From the NCBI RefSeq assembly GCF_000016745.1, contig NC_009483.1:4410001-4442000 (forward strand): DNA of 32,000 nt, given 5' to 3'. How positions within the stretch are numbered: position 1 is the stretch's first letter; every line of letters starts with the position of its first letter. The position numbers and the translations under genes are program-made. Of the stretch, positions 1 through 7,922 are shown in pieces. This stretch comes from Geotalea uraniireducens Rf4 (GTDB lineage: Bacteria > Desulfobacterota > Desulfuromonadia > Geobacterales > Geobacteraceae). Under the pieces are notes generated by a model that worked only from the letters and a program-made list of their open reading frames with translations, was not told the DNA's origin and did no database searches.

Positions 1-268
1 GGTGGAGCATGACCACGATGTCCGCGCCCAGGTCGAGGGCCGTTTTGTAGCAGGTCTTCTGGTTGCCGCCGTATCCCTTGTTCTCCTCATGAACGATGGT
101 CCGAATCCCGAGACGCCGGGCCACCTAGGCCGTGTCGTCCCGACTGGCGTCATCAACCAGTATCACGTCATCGACAAACTCGAAGGGGATCTCCTTATAA
201 GTAATTTCAAGTGTTTTTGCCGCGTTATAGGCCGGCAAAACAACTGCTATCCTCTTGTTGTTCAGCAT
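1..268 (-). pseudogene. Family 2 glycosyltransferase, N-terminal part, interrupted by an in-frame TAG; the 3' part runs off the window
   Basis: ATG at 268-266 (MLNNKRIAVVLPAYN...) with a GGGGAA SD-like motif just upstream. GT-A signature 'VVLPAYNAAKTL...VILVDDASRDDTA' is followed by TAG at 127-125. My own translation shows the same frame stays open to the window edge as '[41 protein letters not shown]', so one GT2 domain is split by a single stop. Confidence 0.6.
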
Positions 269-995
269 CGTTTCCCCAACATATGTGTTGCATTTCCGAA
301 CTGTATCCGCCATCTCCGGCATAGACGATGAGGGGCGGCAGTACCGATAAATCCCCCCTCCGCCCCTTGACCAACTCTACGAGAAACATTCCCGCCCCAG
401 AGATGTCGTTGCCGTGCACCATACGAAGCCGCAACGGGGCGAGCTTCAGCAGAGCTGCCTCGGCAAAAAGCTCCACCAATCGGGACGGATGATAGATGAA
501 GCAGATCCTCCCCCCCGGTTTGACCAGGTATTTCGCCGCCGTCAGGAAATCGGTGAGGCATGCGGTAGATTCGTGCCGTGCCTTGTCCCGTCCGGCCCTG
601 GGGCTCACCCGACCGGTACCGGCTCTGCGGTAGGGGGGATTCGAAACGACCAGGTCAAAGGATGATACGGGAAACACCCCCTTCAAGGAGGTGATATCCG
701 CGGCCAGAATGGAAATCCTGTCGCCGAGGCCGTTGATACTGACGTTGCGCAAGGCCAAATCCGCCAGCAATGCCTGGAATTCCACCCCGGTAACGGTGAC
801 ATCCTCCGCCTCCCTGGCCAGGATCAGGGGGATGATGCCGCAGCCGCTCCCGAGGTCAATGGCCCGTTCGCCGGTCCTGATGGCGGCAAAGTCGCACAAA
901 AGAAGCGGGTCGAGGGAGAATCGGTAGCCGTCCCGCGGCTGGCCAATGCTCAGCCGGTGTCTGCGCAACTCGTCGACGGTTTCTTCACCTTTCAC
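225..995 (-). CDS. Class I SAM-dependent N6-adenine methyltransferase, tRNA1(Val) m6A37 TrmN6/YfiC-like
   Basis: 'GYRFSLDPLLL' N-terminus, SAM motif 'IDLGSGCGIIPLILA', catalytic 'VVSNPPYRRAG' (NPPY). GTG start at 995-993 lies inside the heptamer array, with AAAGG 6 nt upstream. GTGA overlap with the upstream stop. Confidence 0.85.
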   Translation of the reverse strand: MKGEETVDELRRHRLSIGQPRDGYRFSLDPLLLCDFAAIRTGERAIDLGSGCGIIPLILAREAEDVTVTGVEFQALLADLALRNVSINGLGDRISILAADITSLKGVFPVSSFDLVVSNPPYRRAGTGRVSPRAGRDKARHESTACLTDFLTAAKYLVKPGGRICFIYHPSRLVELFAEAALLKLAPLRLRMVHGNDISGAGMFLVELVKGRRGDLSVLPPLIVYAGDGGYSSEMQHICWGNDAEQQEDSSCFAGL

Positions 996-1009
996 CTTTC
1001 ACCTTTCAC
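984..1009. repeat. Heptanucleotide tandem array (TTCACCT)x3.7; GTGAAAG on the coding strand
   Basis: Read directly: units at 984-990, 991-997 and 998-1004, partial unit 1005-1009. The array contains the TGA stop of the YfhO-like gene (994-992) and the SD and GTG start of the methyltransferase (995-993). Confidence 0.95.
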
Positions 1010-3421
1010 GCGCTTTCGCCACAGGTAGAGTTCCCTCCCCACCACCATGGCAAAAAATGCAAACGACGCCAGGGTCAGGTACTTGCCGACCTTGAACGGC
1101 AGCGGGTCAAAACGCATCTCCACCGCGTGGCTACCCGCTGTCAGATATATCCCCCGCAGAACGTGGTCCACCGGATAAATATCGGCGTCCTTGCCGTCTA
1201 CGGTAGCCCGCCACCCCTTGTAAAACTTCTCACCCACAACGAGGATGGCATTCTGCGCCGGATTTGCCGTGAAACTGATTTTGTCTCCCTCGTAATGGGT
1301 GACCGCGACGCCACCAACCGCCACTGGCGGCTGCATGTTCGGGGCCGGCATCGGGATGGGCGCCGGCGATTCCACGAGTGCAATGGCGCGGGGGTCAAAG
1401 GAGGGGTTCTGCAAAATGGCCAGGCCCTGCTGACGATCACTTACGGGAAGCACCGACGGCACAAGCCAGGCCTTCGGCAGGACCCGTCTGTTTTCCACAA
1501 CAACCTCGGAACCATCGGGCGACGTGAACACCGGCACGTACTTGTCACCAAGCTGCGCCTTTTCCTGCTGGTACTGGTTCGCATCGTAGACGAGGTATTT
1601 GACGTTGAGCATATCGGGCAGTGCGGAATTGAAGCTGAAGATGTCGAGGATCTCCTGCCACCGCCTTTGCTGCACCGGCATGGAGGTGAACATGACCGGA
1701 ATGCCGTTGGTGGCATACTGGTTAGGGTCGGCGCTGAGCGGGAGGACCCGGTATTCCTTCGGCTGGCGCGAAAGATACTCGATGACCGGCGTTTTTATCC
1801 CCTTTGACTTCTGCGGCACATCGACAAGAAACATGAACTTGGCGTTGACCCTCCCCACATCTGCCAGATAGAGGAACAGAAGAAGAAAGGGAAGCGCCTT
1901 CAGCATGCGCCGGCTCCTGGCGGAAACAACGAATACGGCGGCGTAAACAGCGGCCACGACAGCTGCAATGCCGGTCTCGGAGACGATATTGTTCCACCGC
2001 TGGGCAATGAGCTGCGGTCCCTGCTCGTAGCGGGTCGGCTGGGAAAGCATATCGTAGAATGAACCGATCCAGCGCTCCTTGCCAGCCAGCTCGATGCCGA
2101 CGAGCAGAAGGAGAAGGAGGGGAAGGGCAACGAGGGACAGGAGGTAGTACCTGAATTTCCTGTCAGCACGGCACTCCTTGTCCAGCAGTATGTCCACCCC
2201 CCGCGCGGCCAGGACACCGAGGCCGAAAACAGGGATGAACATCATCATCTTCGGCACCCGGAAACGGTTGATGCCGGGGAAATAATCGAAGAGAAACTGG
2301 TAGAAGATGCTGTATTTCCCCATGGAAAAAGTTATTCCCCCCGCCACCGCCAGGAGACCCAGCCAGGTGTACCTGTCGCGGCGGAAGATGAGCGGCAGCG
2401 GGAGCAGGAGCCAGGGGAGGAGCCCCATGTAGTCGGCGGTCTGGGTGAAGTGCATCCTCCCCCAGTAGTAGGAGGCGATGTTGCTCGGGTTCTCCCCACC
2501 TTCCTGTCGCGACAGGCCGAAAAAGCCGGGGATAACGAAGGTTGCCAGCTCCTCCGGCGGCAGGGACCAGGACATGGCCTCATCTATCTGCAAACCGCCT
2601 TTCCCCTGGTTCGCCCCGCTCTGCGCCCCCCGGTTCGTTTCCACCGACCAGCTGGCGAGGGGGAGGAGAGAGATGGCGACGGTTGTAAGGAAGAAACAGA
2701 GGGTGGCGAGGTTGAGCAGAAGCAATCGGCCTATGCCTTTGCCGCTCCTTTCACGTTCGGCAAAGATGATGCCGAGCGAGCGGAGGATGCCGTAAATGCC
2801 GATTGCGAGGCAGGTGTAGAATGCGATCTGCCAGTGATAGTTGAAAAACTGGAAGGCGAGGGTGAAAGCGGTTGCCAGGAAGAAAAAGAGGCGCCGCCCC
2901 TGGAACCCCTTCTCCAGAAAATAGAAGGCCAGCGGCGCATAGGAAATGGTGGCTATTTTCAGCACATGGCCGGCATTGATCAGCGAGGCGTTTTCCGTGG
3001 CGCAGGCAAAGATGAGCCCACCGAGAAAGGCGGCGGCCCTGCCGGCGCCGATGGCCCGGCAGTAGAGGAAAGTGCCCACGGCACCGAAAAAGAGATGGAA
3101 GACGATGAACCATGCCACGTTGGCAGGGGAAGGAATCAGCCAGTATATGAGCCGGTGGTAAAAGAGGAACTGCATGGATGCCCCACCACCCTCTGTCGTA
3201 TCGCCGCTGTTAAAGAAAATGGACCAGCCGGCGCTTGACAGGTCAATGCGGAATATGTCAAAAAACCGGATTGAATGGAGGTCCTTTACCGCCCAGTAAT
3301 GTTCATTGAGGATGTCAGGGGCGCGGATGATCTTGTCGGTGAAGAGGATGTGTGAAAAAGCTCCGATCAATACCGCAAGCAAGAGCGCCAGCGCCAGTAA
3401 ATCCTTCCTGCGTTCTGTCAT
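992..3421 (-). CDS. Large polytopic membrane protein, YfhO-like (putative GT-C glycosyltransferase)
   Basis: Long ORF. I place the start at ATG 3421-3419 (MTERRKDLLALALLLAVLIG...), because the 27 upstream codons of the track ORF run through two GC-rich intergenic hairpins. It has many hydrophobic helices followed by a soluble C-terminal region. The family call is from memory of YfhO-type architecture, not a search. Confidence 0.6.
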   Translation of the reverse strand: MTERRKDLLALALLLAVLIGAFSHILFTDKIIRAPDILNEHYWAVKDLHSIRFFDIFRIDLSSAGWSIFFNSGDTTEGGGASMQFLFYHRLIYWLIPSPANVAWFIVFHLFFGAVGTFLYCRAIGAGRAAAFLGGLIFACATENASLINAGHVLKIATISYAPLAFYFLEKGFQGRRLFFFLATAFTLAFQFFNYHWQIAFYTCLAIGIYGILRSLGIIFAERERSGKGIGRLLLLNLATLCFFLTTVAISLLPLASWSVETNRGAQSGANQGKGGLQIDEAMSWSLPPEELATFVIPGFFGLSRQEGGENPSNIASYYWGRMHFTQTADYMGLLPWLLLPLPLIFRRDRYTWLGLLAVAGGITFSMGKYSIFYQFLFDYFPGINRFRVPKMMMFIPVFGLGVLAARGVDILLDKECRADRKFRYYLLSLVALPLLLLLLVGIELAGKERWIGSFYDMLSQPTRYEQGPQLIAQRWNNIVSETGIAAVVAAVYAAVFVVSARSRRMLKALPFLLLFLYLADVGRVNAKFMFLVDVPQKSKGIKTPVIEYLSRQPKEYRVLPLSADPNQYATNGIPVMFTSMPVQQRRWQEILDIFSFNSALPDMLNVKYLVYDANQYQQEKAQLGDKYVPVFTSPDGSEVVVENRRVLPKAWLVPSVLPVSDRQQGLAILQNPSFDPRAIALVESPAPIPMPAPNMQPPVAVGGVAVTHYEGDKISFTANPAQNAILVVGEKFYKGWRATVDGKDADIYPVDHVLRGIYLTAGSHAVEMRFDPLPFKVGKYLTLASFAFFAMVVGRELYLWRKRVKGER

Positions 3422-3442
3422 TTTTATTACTCCGTTGTATAA

Positions 3443-3491
3443 GGGCAACCCTGTGTGGTTGCCCTGATTGGGCGGCCACATGGGGCCGCCC
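3443..3491. repeat. Twin GC-rich perfect hairpins (REP-like), in the 70-nt gap directly after a stop codon
   Basis: GGGCAACC-ctgtgt-GGTTGCCC (3443-3464) and GGGCGGCC-acatgg-GGCCGCCC (3470-3491). Both have 8-bp perfect stems and 6-nt loops. Neither strand has a U/T tract afterwards. Confidence 0.8.
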
Positions 3492-4607
3492 CTACTCTTC
3501 ACTCTTCACTGCCTTATAAATGTCCAGCGTCTCTCTGGCGGCCGCCTCCCAGGAAAAGGACTTCGCCCGGCGACGTCCCTGCTCCCGCATGGCCGTCGCC
3601 GTTTCTTCATTTTCTAGCACTCTGAGAAGCGCCGCGGCAACCTCCTCCACGGCCATGGGAGGGACGGCAATCCCCGCATCGCCCACCACCTCCGGCAGGG
3701 ATGTGGTGTTGGACGTTATCACAGGCACGCCGCACGCCATGGCTTCCAAGGGCGGCAGGCCGAACCCTTCGAAGAGCGACAGGTAGACGAAAACCCGTGC
3801 GCCGTCGTAAATAAAGGGGAGTTCCCCGTCGGGGACAAAACCGGTGAATACCACCTCGCCGTCGAGATTGAGCTCCCTGATCCGGCTGAACAGCCTGTCG
3901 TAAAGCCACCCCTTGCGACCGACGATGACGAGTTTCCCCGCAAATGCCCCCTTGCCTTTCAGCAGGCTGAACGCCTCGATGAGGGTGTCCAGGTTCTTTC
4001 GCGGCTGGATGGTCCCCACATAGAGGATGTAATCAGCCGGCAGCCCGTATTTCCCCCTGACGGCCGCGCCGGCAGCGGCATCACGGGACTCGATCATGGC
4101 AGGATCGAAACCGAGCATGATCGCCCTGATCTTTTCCGGCGCCACCCGGAAATCGGCCATGATCTCCTGCCTGGCGTGTTCCGAATCGGTGATGATGAAA
4201 GCGCTCCTCCTGGCGGCGATGGGTATCTGCAGCCGCCAGTAGATCCGCGCAGCCAGCTTCTCCGTTTCCGGGTGCTTGATGGGGATCAGGTCGTGCAGGG
4301 TGACCACCACCGGGCATGGTGCGAAATAGGGGATCGCGCTCTTCGGACAGTGGAGGATGTCCACCCGCTCCCTCTTGCAGGCAAGGGGGAGCAGCACATG
4401 CTCGCGCCAGAGCCGGGTGAGCGGGTTTTTGCCCGGCAGGACCATTTCCCGTGCCGCGGGGAATCTGCCCAAATGAACGGGATCGTTGTAGAAAACAATA
4501 TACTCGTTTTCGCGGTCAATGCGGAGCAGCGCTTCAAGCAGCCCCAATACATACGTCCGCGGCCCCCCTTGGGTGGAAATGGTTGAAGCATCAATGGCGA
4601 TACGCAC
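3492..4607 (-). CDS. GT4-family (GT-B) glycosyltransferase
   Basis: '[20 protein letters not shown]' EX7E-type motif. N-terminus '[11 protein letters not shown]...'. I choose GTG at 4607-4605, which has AGGAAA 6-7 nt upstream. The track ORF start at 4703 would overlap the upstream gene by 86 nt. Confidence 0.85.
   Translation of the reverse strand: MRIAIDASTISTQGGPRTYVLGLLEALLRIDRENEYIVFYNDPVHLGRFPAAREMVLPGKNPLTRLWREHVLLPLACKRERVDILHCPKSAIPYFAPCPVVVTLHDLIPIKHPETEKLAARIYWRLQIPIAARRSAFIITDSEHARQEIMADFRVAPEKIRAIMLGFDPAMIESRDAAAGAAVRGKYGLPADYILYVGTIQPRKNLDTLIEAFSLLKGKGAFAGKLVIVGRKGWLYDRLFSRIRELNLDGEVVFTGFVPDGELPFIYDGARVFVYLSLFEGFGLPPLEAMACGVPVITSNTTSLPEVVGDAGIAVPPMAVEEVAAALLRVLENEETATAMREQGRRRAKSFSWEAAARETLDIYKAVKSEE
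3495..3510. repeat. Short heptanucleotide array (CTCTTCA)x2.3; AGTGAAG on the coding strand
   Basis: Units at 3495-3501 and 3502-3508, plus 'ct'. Encodes the last codons (...VKSEE) immediately before the TAG at 3494-3492. Confidence 0.7.
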
Positions 4608-4617
4608 AGTTTGTTTC

Positions 4618-5706
4618 CTATCCAGTAAGGGTTTTAGCCGTAAAGTCGCAGCCGGGATCAATAATCTCGACCTTCTGTCCCAACGGCCGCCACTGCTCCG
4701 CATCGTTCAGATCGTTCCAGAACACGGTGGTTTCTGTGCCCGACAACGCGGCGATATGGGCGGCCAAAGAATCGAGGGTGTAGACGTGCCGGGCCCTCTG
4801 GAAAAAAACCAGCAGTTGCAAAATGGTGAATGCCCCCGTCAGGTCCGACAGGCCCTCACCGGCCGCCGCTGCAATCTCCGCAAAGAGGCGCCCCTCTTCC
4901 TTGCTGCCGGTTATGGCCACCCGGCTGCGATCATCCACATTGCGGACCACCCGGGCCCAGAAATTTCCGTCCAGGAGCTTTCTCTTGTCGCCGCTGCCTG
5001 GATGGATGGCAACAAAATCCGTAAGGCCAAATCTTTCAAGGACTGCCTCTACAAACGCATAGTCCTCTTTGCCCGGATAAAGTTCGTAGCGGAGGCACTT
5101 CAATGGCGCCCCCACCCCCACCATGCCTGCAACCTCCAGGTAGTGCGCCACCTCATGCACACCTTCGCGCCAATCGGCAACGGCATCGATAAGCGGGCCG
5201 AAGCCACCGGTGCGGTGACCGGCGATGAAGCGGCAATTGCCGAGCCTCGCCAGCAGGACCAGGTCTCCTCCGGCGTCGCGGAAATTGAGACAGAGGTCGT
5301 ATCTTTCCCGACGAAGCGTTTTCAGCGTGCTAACCAGCGTTTTAAAAAAATCGGCGAGTTTCCGAAAAAACGAGAGGCTCCCCCGGTTATAGGCGGGATG
5401 GTTGAGAACGATCCTCTTTCTTATGAAGGGATTGTTTTCAAGCACCGGCAACGCCCACGCACCGCAGACGATGTCGATGTCCGCATCTTTATACCTGTTT
5501 TTTATCAGTGGCACAACCGATGTCAGCATCAGCATGTCGCCCAGGTGGTCCGGCTTGATCAGCAGTATCTTTGCAACCCGGTCCGGCAAAGGCCTCCCCT
5601 TGCCGCAGATATGCCCCAGCAGACGATCGATGAGCGCAAGGGCAATGATCACCCACCTGTTTTTAAAGCGGTACCCCCGCCGCAATGTCGTCTTCCGGCT
5701 CACCAT
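4618..5706 (-). CDS. GT9-family glycosyltransferase (heptosyltransferase-like)
   Basis: 'KILLIKPDHLGDMLMLTSVVPLI' matches the GT9 N-terminal LGD motif. ATG at 5706, 4 nt after the upstream stop. Confidence 0.8.
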   Translation of the reverse strand: MVSRKTTLRRGYRFKNRWVIIALALIDRLLGHICGKGRPLPDRVAKILLIKPDHLGDMLMLTSVVPLIKNRYKDADIDIVCGAWALPVLENNPFIRKRIVLNHPAYNRGSLSFFRKLADFFKTLVSTLKTLRRERYDLCLNFRDAGGDLVLLARLGNCRFIAGHRTGGFGPLIDAVADWREGVHEVAHYLEVAGMVGVGAPLKCLRYELYPGKEDYAFVEAVLERFGLTDFVAIHPGSGDKRKLLDGNFWARVVRNVDDRSRVAITGSKEEGRLFAEIAAAAGEGLSDLTGAFTILQLLVFFQRARHVYTLDSLAAHIAALSGTETTVFWNDLNDAEQWRPLGQKVEIIDPGCDFTAKTLTG

Positions 5707-5710
5707 ATGG

Positions 5711-6853
5711 TCACAATCCGCCGGCTGTCGCTCTCAGGAACGCCAGGGTCTCGGCTGCACACCTCTCCCAGGAAAAAAGCGACGCCTGGCGAAGGCCTGC
5801 CGAGCTCATCCGCTGCCGTAAATCCGCATCGCCACTCACCAGTTCAAGCGCCTTCCGGATCTCTGCCACGCTCAGCGGGTCCGCCAGGAGCGCCGCATCC
5901 CCCGCCACTTCCGGCAGCGAAGACACCTTGGAGGTGATCACCGGGCAACCGCAGGCCATGGCCTCGACAACGGGAAAGCCGAACCCTTCGTAGAGGGTGG
6001 GAAAGACAAAAGCCTGCGCCGCGCCGTATAGGAGCGGCAGGTCCGCATCGGGAACATAGCCGGGAATCACCACCCTCTCCTGAAGGCCGAATTCCCTCAC
6101 CCAGCCATGGAGGGTGGCGTCGGTCAGGGCGCGCTTTCCCGCCAGTACGATCCTGAGATCGCTGTCGATCCCGGCCAGCGCCTCCAGGACCCGCCGCAGG
6201 TTCTTGCGCCATTCCGAATCCCCCACATAGAGGAGAAAGCACCCTTCGATGCCGTAGCGGGCAAGGACCTCCAGCCGCCGTTCCCCATCCCCCGCATTGT
6301 CGGGGTTGAACAATGCATGGTCGATCCCCGGATGGATAACGGCAATCTTTTCCGGCGCGACCCCCAGGAGGCTGACCAGGTCTCGCTTTGTCGCCTCCGA
6401 AATGGCGATCAGCCCCTGGCTGTAACGCAGTTTCTTGAAATTGGTCCGCCAGCCGATCTTCACCGAAAGCGGCTGAGCAGCCATCGCCTCGGGAAATACG
6501 AACGGAATCAGGTCGTAGACCATGGAAACAACCCTGAGATTACCCGTTGGCACGAGGTAGCTGTTGAAATCGGTGGCGAAGAAAAGTTCCGCCCCGCTCT
6601 TTTTTACCAGTTCCGGCAGAAGGAACTGGTCGGCGATCCAGTTGAAACGGTTGGGGCGCTCCAGCCGCCGGGTCTCCAGCCGCCGTTCATGCCGGAAGAG
6701 GGGGGGAAACGCCTTCCCTTTCAGGGTAATGAGGGTGACGTCGTCCTCCACCGCCAGGCGCCCCATCTGTCGCAGCAGGTTATGGAGTAGAACTCCGACC
6801 CCCCTGGTCCGGTGGGCGTTCTGCAGGGGCCTGACGTCAATGCAGATTTTCAT
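5711..6853 (-). CDS. GT4-family glycosyltransferase
   Basis: 'EGFGFPVVEAMACGCPVITS'. Start chosen at ATG 6853-6851 (MKICIDVRPL...), 9 nt downstream of GAGGAA. The track start at 6889 is less likely. Confidence 0.85.
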   Translation of the reverse strand: MKICIDVRPLQNAHRTRGVGVLLHNLLRQMGRLAVEDDVTLITLKGKAFPPLFRHERRLETRRLERPNRFNWIADQFLLPELVKKSGAELFFATDFNSYLVPTGNLRVVSMVYDLIPFVFPEAMAAQPLSVKIGWRTNFKKLRYSQGLIAISEATKRDLVSLLGVAPEKIAVIHPGIDHALFNPDNAGDGERRLEVLARYGIEGCFLLYVGDSEWRKNLRRVLEALAGIDSDLRIVLAGKRALTDATLHGWVREFGLQERVVIPGYVPDADLPLLYGAAQAFVFPTLYEGFGFPVVEAMACGCPVITSKVSSLPEVAGDAALLADPLSVAEIRKALELVSGDADLRQRMSSAGLRQASLFSWERCAAETLAFLRATAGGL

Positions 6854-6895
6854 GGGCATACGTTCCTCAACAGAATCGACAGATACCATAGCACA

Positions 6896-7852
6896 CTAGC
6901 CATTGCGCCGCGTCCTGTCCACAAACCGGCGGCGAAAGATGGAGTAGAGCATACGCAGGTAGCGGATGGCCAGAAATAGCAGCACCGGCCGGCAGGGGCA
7001 ATAGTCGCGGTAGAGCTTGTAATTGGCCCGGAAATAAAAGGGGGAGCGGTAACTGGTCAGCATCTCTCTTACCCGCTCCCTGTTAAGCGCCTCGGTCCCG
7101 CTTGACACCGCAGTCCTGTTGTACACAACGCTTTTAGGCTCCGTAAGGAGGCGATAGCCGCGCCGCCGCGCCCTTAGTGAGAACTCCGCGTCCCCCTGGT
7201 ACTGGGGGCAGTTCTCCCGGTCGAAAAAACCGATCTCGGCGAACGCCGCCGCCGGAATCAGGGTGGAACTGCCGTGCAGCCAGTCGCAATCGCTGGTCCG
7301 GTCGAAATCAATCAGGTCGCGGCGGTTGTTGCGGTCCCTTATCTCCCCCACGTACCAGTTTATGACGCCGCCGAAGGAAAAGATGAAGTTCCGGTCCGAG
7401 TAGTCGTACATCTTCGAGGTAACGAGGCTTTTGGGGTGGCTCCGGGCGGTCTCCACCAGAGGCTCGATGAAGTCCGGCTCCACCACGTTGTCGTTATTTA
7501 TGGCCAGGATAAAGTCACCGCCCCGCCGCAAGGCCTCCCGGACACCGAGATTCGTGGCCCCCGACCACCAGAGGTTGCCGTCGCCCCTAACGATAGACAC
7601 TTGGGGAAAGCAGGCGGCGATGGCCTCCCTGGAGCCGTCGGTCGAGCCGTCATCTACGACGATGACCTCCAGATTCGGATACGTTGCGCACGCCATCGAT
7701 TCCAGAAAGGTAAGGGTTTCGTCCTTGCCGTTGTGGATCGGTACTACCGCTGCGACCTTGGGGAACCGAGGTTCGAGGAACGAGGTCCGAGGAACGAGGT
7801 ATTCACGCCGACACCAAACCCTTTGCCAGGTAGTCCTTGAACCCATCACCAT
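6896..7852 (-). CDS. GT2-family glycosyltransferase
   Basis: 'AAVVPIHNGKDETLTFLES...LEVIVVDDGSTDGS' GT-A motif. The only in-frame starts are ATG 7852, GTG 7849 and ATG 7846. ATG 7852 has AAGGA 6 nt upstream, supplied by the last ATAAAGG unit. The N-terminal ~30 residues are partly encoded by CCTCGNN heptamers. Confidence 0.8.
   Translation of the reverse strand: MVMGSRTTWQRVWCRREYLVPRTSFLEPRFPKVAAVVPIHNGKDETLTFLESMACATYPNLEVIVVDDGSTDGSREAIAACFPQVSIVRGDGNLWWSGATNLGVREALRRGGDFILAINNDNVVEPDFIEPLVETARSHPKSLVTSKMYDYSDRNFIFSFGGVINWYVGEIRDRNNRRDLIDFDRTSDCDWLHGSSTLIPAAAFAEIGFFDRENCPQYQGDAEFSLRARRRGYRLLTEPKSVVYNRTAVSSGTEALNRERVREMLTSYRSPFYFRANYKLYRDYCPCRPVLLFLAIRYLRMLYSIFRRRFVDRTRRNG
7767..7801. repeat. 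Degenerate heptanucleotide array (CGAGGNN)x5 inside the 5' end of the GT2 gene
   Basis: cgaggtt, cgaggaa, cgaggtc, cgaggaa, cgaggta read directly. 'cgaggaacgagg' occurs twice (7774-7785 and 7788-7799) and is the exact reverse complement of 7902-7913. Confidence 0.9.
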
Positions 7853-7859
7853 TCCGCGT

Positions 7860-7922
7860 CCTTTATCCTTTATCCTTTATCCTTTATCCTTTATCCTTTA
7901 TCCTCGTTCCTCGTGCCTTTAT
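7860..7922. repeat. Heptanucleotide tandem array (CCTTTAT)x6 + CCTCGTT + CCTCGTG + CCTTTAT; ATAAAGG on the coding strand
   Basis: Six perfect units at 7860-7901, then three more heptads to 7922. Contains the TAA stop of gmd (7893-7891) and the SD for the downstream GT2. Confidence 0.97.

Noticed and set aside
3422-3502. N-terminal extension of the YfhO-like ORF ([27 protein letters not shown]).
   Set aside because: It is encoded by the two GC-rich hairpins and overlaps the upstream stop. The downstream ATG at 3421 starts a typical signal-anchor sequence.
4519-5937. Long plus-strand ORFs (for example 4519..5937 at 472 aa, 21073..21945, 31073..31912, 8131..8841, 25391..26095).
   Set aside because: They are antisense shadows of well-supported minus-strand genes in GC-rich DNA. 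They are Pro/Arg/Gly-rich with no recognisable motifs, and each fully overlaps genes that have clear family signatures.
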